A program made the translations under genes and the position numbers. This document shows positions 45,925 through 55,257 of a stretch of DNA of 64,000 nucleotides, piece by piece; position 1 is the first letter of the stretch; each line of letters starts with the position of its first letter. Source of the stretch: an uncultured delta proteobacterium. Its GTDB lineage: Bacteria; Desulfobacterota; Desulfobacteria; Desulfobacterales; JAHEIW01. The notes beneath the pieces are model-generated. The model made no database searches and had not been told where the DNA came from. It saw nothing but the letters and a program-made list of their open reading frames with translations. Location: assembly GCA_963706575.1 (NCBI GenBank), contig CAVPNL010000001.1, forward strand, positions 224,001 to 288,000, in the 5' to 3' direction.

Positions 45925-46629
45925 GTGTTAGAGATTAACGGGCTTAACGTATTTTACGGAGACTACCAGGCGCTGTTTGATATTCAGGCAACGGTGGAGT
46001 CCGGTGAAATCGTATCGCTGCTGGGTGCAAACGGCGCCGGCAAGACGACCACCATTAATACGGTTTGCGGATTCATTCGACCCAAGACCGGTACCATCCG
46101 TTTTGAGGACCGCAAGATTCATCGATTGTCGGCAAACAAAATTGTCGAAAAAGGATTGATTCAAATCCCCGAAGAGCGGATGCTCTTTTCTGACATGACG
46201 GTTCTGGAGAACCTGCAAATGGGGGCCTATCTCGGCCGTGCCAGAGAAAAACTGGCAGATTCCCTGGCTTGGGTATATGGTCTTTTTCCGATTTTAAAGA
46301 CGCGGCAGTCTCAATTGGCCGGTACCCTCAGCGGCGGCGAACAACAGATGCTGGCAATCGGCAGGGGATTGATGTCCCTACCCAGGCTGCTGATTTTGGA
46401 TGAGCCTTCATTGGGTTTGGCCCCCATGCTGGTAGCGGAGGTCTTCCAGGTAATCCATAAAATTAATCAGGAGGGGGTTGCGATTCTGCTGGTTGAGCAA
46501 AACGCCCATCAGAGCCTCAAAATTTCCAACCGGGCCTATCTATTGGAAAACGGCTCCATCGCCATGGAAGGCAAGGCCTCCGAGCTTCTGGAAACGGATT
46601 ATATTCGCGAATCCTATCTGGGGATCTGA
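45925..46629 (+). CDS. livF: Liv-type ABC ATPase
   Basis: GANGAGKTT, LSGGEQQMLAIGR, LDEPSLGLAP, VEQN; GTG start inferred. Confidence 0.95.
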   Translation: MLEINGLNVFYGDYQALFDIQATVESGEIVSLLGANGAGKTTTINTVCGFIRPKTGTIRFEDRKIHRLSANKIVEKGLIQIPEERMLFSDMTVLENLQMGAYLGRAREKLADSLAWVYGLFPILKTRQSQLAGTLSGGEQQMLAIGRGLMSLPRLLILDEPSLGLAPMLVAEVFQVIHKINQEGVAILLVEQNAHQSLKISNRAYLLENGSIAMEGKASELLETDYIRESYLGI

Positions 46630-46725
46630 TCTCACACTGATCTCTCCAGAACCCATCTGTCTTTTCCTGTACCCTCATTTTTGTTCAGTACGAATTCAAT
46701 TTGTCTCCCCAAATATGGGATCAGT

Positions 46726-46970
46726 AGGTTTCAGGTGCCAGGAGAAAGATGATAGGGTGACAGAAAACAGAGGGTTTGGAGGGGTTTTAGACTAAAGTTT
46801 TACATGAAAATTATAATTCTAACTAATTGTAAATAAAATATAAAATAATATAATAAAATAGGGTAGGGTGCTGGGCCGACCCAGGTCAAGCGGGCGCGGA
46901 GGCCCGCACGACTTCTGGCTATCAACTACTGACTTCTGAAAACTGAGACCTGACACCTGAACACTGACAC
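46726..46970. repeat. CTGANNN heptamer array with partial complementary arm
   Basis: Six heptamers at 46929-46970; AGGTTTCAGGTGCCAGG at 46726-46742; same family as 60629-60719. Confidence 0.7.
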
Positions 46971-46990
46971 CCATCCGAAGGGTACAAGAA

Positions 46991-47562
46991 ATGAACAAAA
47001 AAGCGGTTACCAAGAACAATCATTATTTTTTAAAAGAACTGGAGACGTTGTCCCTTGATGCGCTAAAGAATCTTCAGTTTGAAAAGACAAAGCAAACGCT
47101 GGAACGGGCCTATCATAAAAGTGATTTCTACCGGCGGCGGTTTGATGAAAGCGGGGTAAAGCCGGATGATTTCAAAACCCTTGAAGACATTGCGCGATTC
47201 CCTTTTATCGATAAGATGACATGATTAAAATCAAAGCCAGCAACGTCTGGCCCCAGACTGTCGACGAGGCCGTATTTTCATTTGATGAGATCGAGGAATA
47301 TAACGGTCGGGTGTTTATCGATGAAAACGGCCAGGAAGTGGCCCGGGTCAGCCTGGAGTTTAAGAAAACGGGGCTGGATGACTCAGCCAAAGCGGCCATT
47401 CTGCACCGGCTGGCGGCAAAAATCAAAGAAATGACCCAGGTGTCCATGGCACCGGAAGAAGTCCCTTACGGCACCCTGCCGCGGTTTGAATATAAGGTGC
47501 GCCGCTGGACCGATGAGCGCATTGAAGGCCTGGAACGGATCAAATATATCGAGAAGAAATGA
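46991..47562 (+). pseudogene. PaaK-family CoA ligase relic with a large internal deletion
   Basis: N-terminal part (FYRRRFDESGVKP..RFPFIDK) joined out of frame to C-terminal part (DDMIKIKASNVWP..LPRFEYK); the adenylation core is missing. Confidence 0.85.
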
Positions 47563-47592
47563 TCGAAAGACACAACCGTCGATTGTGTGGAT

Positions 47593-48507
47593 TCAGGCCA
47601 AAGGCGGCGGTGGGGGCGGCAGCTCACCGCGCTCCAGGGCCTCCCGGGCGGCCTTTACCGGTATGCCTGCTTCACAGGGCACAGCCACCTGGCACAGCCC
47701 GCAGCCATAGCCTTCGAACTTGTAAGTCTTTTTGACATATTCTCTGGAGCGAGCCAGGTGCTGCCGGCACTTCTCCTTGTCGTGGCCGGCCTCGGTAATT
47801 GCCCGGACCGGGCAGCGATCAATACATTTGCCGCAGGTTCCATTATCGAAATAGAGGCAATAGGCCCGGTGGTCTGAATACGGTCGGGGAGTTGCCTCAA
47901 TGGATATCCTGGCCACTACCGATCCGACCCGCATGGCTTTGCCCTTTGCGGTGATGAGCCCATCGCACAGACCGAAAGTGCCCAGGCCGGCCGCATGGGC
48001 GGCATGGCGTTCGGACCAGGAAGAGGCATAGGAAAAGCGGTTAGACTTGACGATGGTCCAGTTGGAAACGAGCATCGGAGCGATGGCGGCATGGCCGGCC
48101 TGTTCGAGGCTTTTGGCCACGTGCCGGCGCAGGGCGGCGTTGAATTCCTCGCCGTAGATCCGGATCCGGGCCCATTCTTCGGCTGGATATTTCTTCGGCT
48201 TGCGGTTCGCCTTGCGGACCAGCTCTCGCTGGGGCAAAACCCAAGAAATCACGGTGAGCTCTTCAGCGCCGGCTGATTCTTCCGGGCAGTGCTGGTTGAA
48301 GACCTCCCAGGGGGTCCAGTGGAAGGCCCCAACATATTCCTTGTACTGCTGCCAGATCGTGTCCGCACCGGAGGCGAATCCCACCAGAACATCGTCCCAT
48401 GCCGGTTCCTCAGTTGTGTTTTTCATCGTGTTGGAGGGTGAAGTAGCGATGAAATCTCCGATCAGATCTTTTATCCAGTCTCCCGAAATATTGGTGCTGT
48501 TTTTCAC
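47593..48507 (-). CDS. QueG-like 4Fe-4S dicluster protein
   Basis: SERHAAHAAGLGTFG, RVGSVV, C-x7-CGKCIDRCP, C..CGLCQVAVPC. Confidence 0.75.
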   Translation of the reverse strand: MKNSTNISGDWIKDLIGDFIATSPSNTMKNTTEEPAWDDVLVGFASGADTIWQQYKEYVGAFHWTPWEVFNQHCPEESAGAEELTVISWVLPQRELVRKANRKPKKYPAEEWARIRIYGEEFNAALRRHVAKSLEQAGHAAIAPMLVSNWTIVKSNRFSYASSWSERHAAHAAGLGTFGLCDGLITAKGKAMRVGSVVARISIEATPRPYSDHRAYCLYFDNGTCGKCIDRCPVRAITEAGHDKEKCRQHLARSREYVKKTYKFEGYGCGLCQVAVPCEAGIPVKAAREALERGELPPPPPPLA

Positions 48508-48702
48508 TTAAAACCTCCCATTTCCATTATCGAATAGCAGTCCATGTGAATGTTATTGGATGCCTGATTTTTTTAACAATAAATATTGGCGTCGTCAATT
48601 ATAAGAAATCAAATTCGCAAATGGTTAATGTGATTTGCGTTGACTTTTCGTAACAATTATCTGAAAGTTAAGCCTCATCTAACATTAGCTGCGGAGGCTT
48701 TA

Positions 48703-49899
48703 ATGAAAATTACCGTATTGGGAGCTGCCGGAAAGATGGCTCCCGGGGTTATTCGAGATCTGGCGGAAGCACCGGAAGTAAAGGAAATTGTGCTGGTCGA
48801 CCTGGCGTCGACCCGGCCGGTCCTCGAGCAAAGAGCCAGTGACTGGGGCAACAACAAAGCGACAGCGGTCTTTGCCGACATCACCGATTCGGAGTCTCTT
48901 CGGGGAGCAATTCGTGGCAGTAACGCGCTGGCCAATTGCACCATCTACTATTTCAATCTTCAGGTGATGGAAGCCTGTCTGGCCGAAGACGTGCATTATG
49001 TCGATATGGGCGGATTGTTTCATGTCTCTCGCAAACAAATGCCCCTCTCAGATCAATGGAAAGCCAAGGACCTGACCGCCGTGCTGGGCATGGGCAGCGC
49101 TCCGGGAATCGTTAATGTGATGAGCCGATATGCGGTCGATCGTCTGGATACCGTAGAATCAATTCATATTCGTGACGGTATCGTCAACCGGGCCAAATCG
49201 GATACCCCTCTGGCGATTCCTTATGCACTGGGAACGCTTCTCGATGAGTTTATCATGAATCCCTATATTTTTGAAAATGGAGAATGGAAAGAGGTTCATC
49301 CCTTTTCCGGGTCGCAGGATATCGATTTTCCGCCACCGGTGGGCACCCAGACCGTTTACTGCACCCTGCATTCTGAAGAAGCGACTATCCCCGTGACATT
49401 TAAACCCAAAGGGCTTAAGCATATGACCTTCAAGCTCGCCCTGCCAAAAGCCTTTGATGAAAAATTAAGATTTCTGGTGGCCCTGGGATTAGGCTCCAAA
49501 GAGCCGGTTAAAATGGGTGATATTGCGGTGGTTCCCAGGGATTTTCTGGTGGCCATCACCGACCGTTTGTCGAAATCTGCGGCCAAACCGGCGGACCACA
49601 AGGTGCTGCGGGTTGACGTCAGCGGTGAAAAAGACGGCCAATCGCGGGATATCCGGGTCGAAATGATCTGCAACCCTTACGCGCCGTGGGATATGGGGAC
49701 AGGACCGCATTCAGTGGGCGTTCCGGTGGGCGTCACATGTCGCATGCTGGGATCCGGCATCATCACCCAACGCGGGGCCCTGCCGGCCGAGGCCTGCGTC
49801 CCGCCGGAGCCGTTTTTTAAATTGCTGGCGGAAAGAAATCTGCATACCGCCGTGATGGTCAAGCATTTTTTGAATTCGGAATCCGTGAAGGCACAATGA
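48703..49899 (+). CDS. Saccharopine dehydrogenase / lysine 6-dehydrogenase family oxidoreductase
   Basis: VLGAAGKM, HYVDMGG, GMGSAPGIVN, HSE, PE..VPPEPF; GGAGG RBS. Confidence 0.9.
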   Translation: MKITVLGAAGKMAPGVIRDLAEAPEVKEIVLVDLASTRPVLEQRASDWGNNKATAVFADITDSESLRGAIRGSNALANCTIYYFNLQVMEACLAEDVHYVDMGGLFHVSRKQMPLSDQWKAKDLTAVLGMGSAPGIVNVMSRYAVDRLDTVESIHIRDGIVNRAKSDTPLAIPYALGTLLDEFIMNPYIFENGEWKEVHPFSGSQDIDFPPPVGTQTVYCTLHSEEATIPVTFKPKGLKHMTFKLALPKAFDEKLRFLVALGLGSKEPVKMGDIAVVPRDFLVAITDRLSKSAAKPADHKVLRVDVSGEKDGQSRDIRVEMICNPYAPWDMGTGPHSVGVPVGVTCRMLGSGIITQRGALPAEACVPPEPFFKLLAERNLHTAVMVKHFLNSESVKAQ

Positions 49900-49907
49900 A
49901 ACTGTTC

Positions 49908-49947
49908 TAGAATCCAGTCTCAAAAGACATTTTTGAGATAGGTCTTA
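49908..49947. repeat. Collapsed remnant of the family B element between convergent genes
   Basis: CAAAAGACATTTTTGAGATAGGT (49921-49943) is the exact reverse complement of the left end of copy 2. Confidence 0.7.
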
Positions 49948-51384
49948 GGTGATCGCACGATCGGCAGCTTTAACCAGATCGTCTATTTCTTTTGCCAGCT
50001 CCTCTTCTGCAACATAGCGGTTTTCGGGGTTTTTCATCGCAACGTATGCATCCTTAACTCTATCCAACAGGGTTTTCGCACCGGCGCTGTCCCAATCATC
50101 TCTGGCTGACCTAGTAAAATTAAATGGACTGAATCCGTCGCGGCAGTGCTCAAGGGTGTGGTCTATTGTCAGAAAATCCTGGCCGGGGCTGACCGTTGTC
50201 AGCGCCTCCCATGCCAGCTGGTCGTCGTCGAATTGAAACGGTGCAATGAGTCTTCTTGCCATTGCTAACATCTCGTTATCAATAATCAACTGTAGCGGAC
50301 TGACGGCCGTAGCGACCTCCAACTGGCCGACTCCGCCCAAAATATCCAAACCACAGGCGGCCATCCAGGTTGTCAGCATCGAACGTTCGCTAAACGATTG
50401 CTCGTCAATGGTGGGGGAATCGGTACCACTCCCGTAACAATGCGTTGGCAGGCCGAATTCCTTTTTAATGAATTGGACCGCCATTGATGCGCCGCGAATC
50501 GCTTCGACACTGGCTTGAAGGCTGCGGCCGGTACGCATATCCGTTGAGAAAATGATCGGGCAGGCGACCACAGGTGCTCCCGGGTTAACGACCTGGGCCA
50601 TGGCTGTTATTGCCAGTATCTCGGCAACAGCCAGCAGGACCGTACCGGGAATCGTTGCCGGTGCGGTGCCCCCTGCGCCCGGAAGGGAACAGGCATGAAT
50701 CGGAATTCCGGTCTTGGCGGCTTCAAGAATAATCTGGATGTCCATTTTTTTAAAACTTCTGGGTGTCAGTGAACATGCAATCATGCTGATGACCGGATTA
50801 TCGGCAAGTTCTTTGTATCCTCCTGCGGCTGCGGCGCCCAGCGCGATCAGGTGTTCGACACTTTCGCTGCTGTATGGCTGCACCCAGATATGCTTGGGGG
50901 TAGATTTTAATAAGGTTGCCAATGCGTGAACATCCGCTGTTTTTGTCGGAACGTCGTTGGCAAAAAGGTAGGGCAAAAAGCTAATTTCGTCCAGTTGGTT
51001 AATGAGGCCCGCCCATTGGGCGAGATCCTCGAGTGTCACCTTGCGGTAATTTCCGGTTTCAGGATCGATATACCCATGAGCACCGGTGCCGCTGCGCGCA
51101 TAGAAGGTACCGTCCGGACGCGGCAGGCGAAGAGATTTGTTCTTATCCTGGTATCCTAAAACAAATGATTTCGGCGCTTTTTCAATAAGTTTTTCAAGTA
51201 TCGATTTAGGAAATTTTACGCTGTGGTTGTCTTCATCAACCGCCAGATCTGCTTCTTGCAGGATCTTGAACATTTGCGGGTGCGGGTCTAATTTGACACC
51301 ATAAGATTCGAGTAACTCGAATACCTTTTCTTTAAGCATTTTGCGTTGTTCTGGATTTAAATAAAGAAAGTTTGAATCAATCAT
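49945..51384 (-). CDS. MttB-superfamily corrinoid-dependent methyltransferase, non-pyrrolysine
   Basis: LLESYGV, KAPKSF, AGGTAPATIPG, DMRTG, TDS..DEQ..E, GQLE, IIDNEM, FLT.DHT; no in-frame TAG; GGAGG RBS. Confidence 0.9.
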   Translation of the reverse strand: MIDSNFLYLNPEQRKMLKEKVFELLESYGVKLDPHPQMFKILQEADLAVDEDNHSVKFPKSILEKLIEKAPKSFVLGYQDKNKSLRLPRPDGTFYARSGTGAHGYIDPETGNYRKVTLEDLAQWAGLINQLDEISFLPYLFANDVPTKTADVHALATLLKSTPKHIWVQPYSSESVEHLIALGAAAAGGYKELADNPVISMIACSLTPRSFKKMDIQIILEAAKTGIPIHACSLPGAGGTAPATIPGTVLLAVAEILAITAMAQVVNPGAPVVACPIIFSTDMRTGRSLQASVEAIRGASMAVQFIKKEFGLPTHCYGSGTDSPTIDEQSFSERSMLTTWMAACGLDILGGVGQLEVATAVSPLQLIIDNEMLAMARRLIAPFQFDDDQLAWEALTTVSPGQDFLTIDHTLEHCRDGFSPFNFTRSARDDWDSAGAKTLLDRVKDAYVAMKNPENRYVAEEELAKEIDDLVKAADRAIT

Positions 51385-51400
51385 GTTGGGCCTCCGCTTT

Positions 51401-53008
51401 TTATTTCCTTCGAATTCGTTCGCGATTCTCGTCTTTTTGAGCCAGTTCCTCCAATCCGTCTTTGCCGAATTTCTGAATTTTAACGCCCCCGGAAAGTTTC
51501 GGAAAATCGGACATGAGGCAAAGCTCATCGGGCAGTTTATGCGGGGCGATTTTGTCTTTGATGAATTCCCGGATCTCTTTTAACGTGAGTGATTCCCCCG
51601 GTTTCGGAATCAGGCAAACACAGATGGATTCCCCCAAGACCGGGTTGGGGGTGGCCACCACACACACCTGTTCCACATGGGGATGCTCGATGATCAATGA
51701 CTCCAGTTCATAGGGGTAAATTTTATAGCCGCCGCGGTTGATCAAATCTTTGGTGCGTCCGTAAATTTTATAGTAGCCGTCATCTTCGCGCGACGCCAGA
51801 TCACCCATGAAAAGCCAGCCATCCACAATCTGTTTGTGGGTCTCTTCAGGATTTTTCCAGTATCCTTTCATGACATGCCATCCGCGAAGGGTAAGCTCTC
51901 CGATTTGGCCATCCGGCAGTTCGTCACGGTTTACCGGATCAACGACCCGCATTTGCGTATCGGTGACCGGCTTGCCGATATATTTTTCGCGAATATCCAG
52001 CGTCGAAGGGTAGGGGCACATGGTTCCCAGACCCGGCCCCACCTCCGATGCCCCCCAGAAAGAGGTCAGGTATACGCCCATTTCTTTTTCCACCTGGGCG
52101 ATGAGCCCTTCCGGCGCAATCATTCCAGCAATCAAACCGGCCCGTAAGGAACTGAGATCGTAATTTGAACGGTTATTATGGTTTAATTCCATGATATAGT
52201 GCGGCGGTGCGCCGAGTTGCAGGGTAATCTTCTCGCGTTCGATCAGCCTGAAAGCGTTCTCGACATCGAATTTATCCATTAACACCAGGGTAGACTGCAG
52301 GACGATGGGCTGTATCAAGATTGATCCGCAACCATAGGAATGGCTCATTGGCAAAATACCAATAAAAATATCCTCCGGCGAGGCCTGGATGCCCACTGAG
52401 TATTCCCAGCCGGCGCGCACGGCCGCATAATGGGTGATCATCGCTCCTTTGGGCTTTCCGGTGGTGCCGGAGGTATACAGCAACATGCACAGATCTTCCT
52501 TTGGATCGATGGAGACCGCCTGCAAGGCTTTGCCTTTGCCTTTATCGATTAATTGCCCATAAGTGCTGACGGAATCGCCCTGGCCGTTTCCGACAACGAT
52601 AATTTGTTCGAGGTCGGGCAATTCCGGTTTGATTTTTAAAATTTCATTAAGGTAATTGTAACCGTCCCATTGCCTGAAAATAAAAAGTCCTCTGACTTCT
52701 GAATTTTTCAGAATGAATTGCGCCTCGGACATGCGATAAATGGCATTTAGCCAGACAACGATGACGCCAATCTTTTGCAGGGCGTAAAAAGCCGTGACCA
52801 GCTCCAGGGAGTTTTTCATGTAAATGGCGACCCGATCGCCTTTTTTAAAACCCATTTCGGCAAGACTGACTGCTAACGCTTCTGCCTGGTCGTTGAGTTG
52901 CGAATACGTTATGCGCGCGTCTGCGTCTATAATCGCAACTTTGTCGGGAGATTCGACCGCCGCTTTTTCTAGTACTTGTCCCAGTGTCAGATTTTCTAAT
53001 CCCTCCAT
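51401..53008 (-). CDS. AMP-forming acyl/aryl-CoA ligase
   Basis: YTSGTTGKPKG, WGASE, VMKGYW, GDL, GRTKDLINRGG, catalytic Lys in GGVKI. Confidence 0.95.
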   Translation of the reverse strand: MEGLENLTLGQVLEKAAVESPDKVAIIDADARITYSQLNDQAEALAVSLAEMGFKKGDRVAIYMKNSLELVTAFYALQKIGVIVVWLNAIYRMSEAQFILKNSEVRGLFIFRQWDGYNYLNEILKIKPELPDLEQIIVVGNGQGDSVSTYGQLIDKGKGKALQAVSIDPKEDLCMLLYTSGTTGKPKGAMITHYAAVRAGWEYSVGIQASPEDIFIGILPMSHSYGCGSILIQPIVLQSTLVLMDKFDVENAFRLIEREKITLQLGAPPHYIMELNHNNRSNYDLSSLRAGLIAGMIAPEGLIAQVEKEMGVYLTSFWGASEVGPGLGTMCPYPSTLDIREKYIGKPVTDTQMRVVDPVNRDELPDGQIGELTLRGWHVMKGYWKNPEETHKQIVDGWLFMGDLASREDDGYYKIYGRTKDLINRGGYKIYPYELESLIIEHPHVEQVCVVATPNPVLGESICVCLIPKPGESLTLKEIREFIKDKIAPHKLPDELCLMSDFPKLSGGVKIQKFGKDGLEELAQKDENRERIRRK

Positions 53009-53058
53009 GTCAGAAACCTCTTATCTTTAATCAATCAAAGCCAGATCTTAATCCGGGT

Positions 53059-53175
53059 GTTATTTGTTATTCGTTAGTGGTTAATAGATGTCTGTTTTGC
53101 GAATCATGTTCGCGGCTGGAAGCCGCTCCCACAAATAACGATTAACGAATAACTGATACCCAATAACGCGTAACG
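53059..53175. repeat. Inverted GTTANNN / NNNTAAC heptamer arms enclosing a REP-like palindrome
   Basis: Left arm 53059-53086, right arm 53134-53175. Confidence 0.75.
53109..53133 (-). repeat. GTGG-type REP element
   Basis: Minus strand reads TGTGGGAGCGGCTTCCAGCCGCGAA: GTGG foot plus GCGGCT-TCC-AGCCGC hairpin. Confidence 0.7.
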
Positions 53176-53202
53176 CCGAATTGAGCACTGGTCAATTCGG
53201 CA

Positions 53203-53994
53203 TTAGATTTTAAGGTATCCCAGATCAGACGAAATCGTTTCGCAGGTATTTTTTACCAGGTCGATGATGTGATCCAGATCATCGGTCTGGTTGCGTAAAC
53301 CGGCGGGCAGCGCGATCCCCAGGGCGGCAACGACCTGACGGGAGTAATCCCGGATGGGAGCTGCAATGCCGATGACGCTTTCGACCGCTTCTTCTTTTTC
53401 CAAAACGTAACCCTGGTCGCGAATCTGCTCCAGGCGAAGGCTGAACGCATCTGTATCGGTAATCGAGAGCGGGGTATAGGGTTTTAACGGATATTTTTTT
53501 AAAATGCGCTTGAGATCCTGCGGATCGAGGCTTGACATTAAAACCATGCCCAGCATGCCGTAGTTCAGCGGGCGTCGCCAGCCGACTTCCGATGAAATCC
53601 GGATCATTCCTTGCCCCTCGCGTTTGTCGACATAAACCAGCTGATCTTCCATGTTGACCCCCAGCAGGACGGTGGCACCGACCTCGCTTTGCAGTCGGGT
53701 CATCGAATAAGAAGCTGCCTGGCGCAAGGAAAATGACGAAAACACAATGCCGCCCAGTTCAAAAAGACGCATCCCCAGCTGATATTTTTTTGACTGCGGG
53801 TCTTGCTGGAGATAACCGCGGGTGGTAAGGTTGGAAATCAGGCGTTTGACGGTTGTTTTATTGAGACCGGTACGATTGACCACTTCCGTCAGGCTCATCG
53901 CTCTATCCTGAAAGCTGAAGCAATCTAAAATATCGAGAGCCCGTTCCAGCGCCTGCACTTTATAAATCGAATTTTTATCTTTATATTGTTTCAT
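53203..53994 (-). CDS. IclR-family transcriptional regulator
   Basis: VQALERALDIL..SLTEV..GLNKTTVKRL..YQLG; GY..E..GIAAPIRD. Confidence 0.95.
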   Translation of the reverse strand: MKQYKDKNSIYKVQALERALDILDCFSFQDRAMSLTEVVNRTGLNKTTVKRLISNLTTRGYLQQDPQSKKYQLGMRLFELGGIVFSSFSLRQAASYSMTRLQSEVGATVLLGVNMEDQLVYVDKREGQGMIRISSEVGWRRPLNYGMLGMVLMSSLDPQDLKRILKKYPLKPYTPLSITDTDAFSLRLEQIRDQGYVLEKEEAVESVIGIAAPIRDYSRQVVAALGIALPAGLRNQTDDLDHIIDLVKNTCETISSDLGYLKI

Positions 53995-54023
53995 ATCATG
54001 AATATAAATTTTATTAGATGAAA
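53989..54023. promoter_or_regulatory. Putative IclR autoregulatory operator overlapping its start codon
   Basis: Minus strand reads TTTCATCTAATAAAA-N5-ATTCATGATATGAAA. Confidence 0.55.
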
Positions 54024-54140
54024 TTTATACCATGATTTTTTATAAGGTCAATATGAAAATTTAGAAATCCAAATTTAAACAGATTTTATAAATCAATTTG
54101 TACTTGACAGAAAGTGCCAGATCGTAATAAACAAAAAATC

Positions 54141-54167
54141 TATGAAACATTATTTCATAATATGAAA
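54141..54167. promoter_or_regulatory. Putative IclR operator upstream of the second hcr-like triad
   Basis: TATGAAA-N5-TTTCATAATATGAAA with a perfect 15-bp dyad, downstream of TTGACA at 54104. Confidence 0.7.
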
Positions 54168-54279
54168 CACCTTTATCTGATTCAGATCTCCGGCGATGTT
54201 CGGACTAACATATAATTCCCGGCCTATCTGCCATCACAGAAGACGGACTTGTTTCAGAATTGATGAAAAGGGGGCAGTT

Positions 54280-55257
54280 GTGAGATTACCAAAATTTGAA
54301 TATTTTGAGCCAGAAGATCTAAAAGCGGCCGTCGCCATTCTGCAAAAAGAGCCGGCTGCTAAAATCCTCGCGGGTGGGACCGATCTGCTGGTGAATATGA
54401 AGCATCGGGTTGAGTGCCCACCGGTTCTCGTCAATATTAAAAGAATAGCGGACCTGGACTACATCCGGCAGGATAATGGGGATATCCGCATCGGTGCCTT
54501 AACCCCCCTGAAACGGCTGCACGCCGAATCTCTTGTTGTTAAAAATTTTCCCGGTCTGGCCCAGGCGGCTTCTGCGGTGGGCTCCTACCATCACCAGGTT
54601 ATGGGAACAATGGCGGGTAACATCTGTCAGCAAAATCGATGTATGTATTTTAATCAATCCAAATGGTGGCGAAGCTCGCGACCGACCTGTTACAAGGCCG
54701 GAGGCGAGATCTGTCATGTAGTCAACAAAAAAGAGATCTGTTATTCAGCCTACTGCGGCGACATGGCGCCTGCCCTGATGGTCGTCAATGCCCGCATAGC
54801 GCTGGAGGGCCCCGACGGGTCAAAAGAGATGCCGATCGAAGACTTCTTTTCAGGGGATGGCAAATCACCCCTGGTCAAAGAACCGGCGGAGATCTTAAGG
54901 GAAATCATTATACCCAAAACGTCAGCCGATGGAATTTCCAGCTATATCAAATTTGCCAATCGCGAGAGCATTGACTTTCCCATCGTTGGCGCCGCCTTGT
55001 GGGCATCTGAAACCGAAAAACAGTATCGGGTGGCGTTTACGGCTGTTGATCGCAAGCCAGTGAGAGGCAAAGAGGCGGAAGATTTTTTAAACGGTAAGGA
55101 ATTGAGCGCGGAGAACGCGAAGGCCGCTTCCGATCTGGCGGCCAAGGCAGCCAAACCGGTAAAAACGTCTGTTTATTCGCCGACTCACAAAAAACGCATG
55201 ATGGGAGTGTTGCTGCAAAACGCGGTGAATGAAGCAAAGAGGAGGTCAAGCGAATGA
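54280..55257 (+). CDS. hcrB: 4-hydroxybenzoyl-CoA-reductase-like beta subunit, copy 2
   Basis: LPKFEY, LAGGTDLLVNMK, GNICQQNRCMYFNQSKWWR..CYKAGGEIC..C; GTG start inferred. Confidence 0.85.
   Translation: MRLPKFEYFEPEDLKAAVAILQKEPAAKILAGGTDLLVNMKHRVECPPVLVNIKRIADLDYIRQDNGDIRIGALTPLKRLHAESLVVKNFPGLAQAASAVGSYHHQVMGTMAGNICQQNRCMYFNQSKWWRSSRPTCYKAGGEICHVVNKKEICYSAYCGDMAPALMVVNARIALEGPDGSKEMPIEDFFSGDGKSPLVKEPAEILREIIIPKTSADGISSYIKFANRESIDFPIVGAALWASETEKQYRVAFTAVDRKPVRGKEAEDFLNGKELSAENAKAASDLAAKAAKPVKTSVYSPTHKKRMMGVLLQNAVNEAKRRSSE

Noticed and set aside
47215..47230. Selenocysteine readthrough or programmed frameshift joining the two ligase fragments
   Set aside because: The fragments are in different frames, and joining them would still leave out the adenylation core.
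47593..48507. Respiratory reductive dehalogenase
   Set aside because: Only 304 aa, no Tat signal and no rdhB-like membrane anchor gene.
49945..51528. Pyrrolysine-containing trimethylamine methyltransferase, and the longer 527-aa start
   Set aside because: No in-frame TAG; the extension overlaps the ligase gene, and a good RBS precedes ATG 51384.
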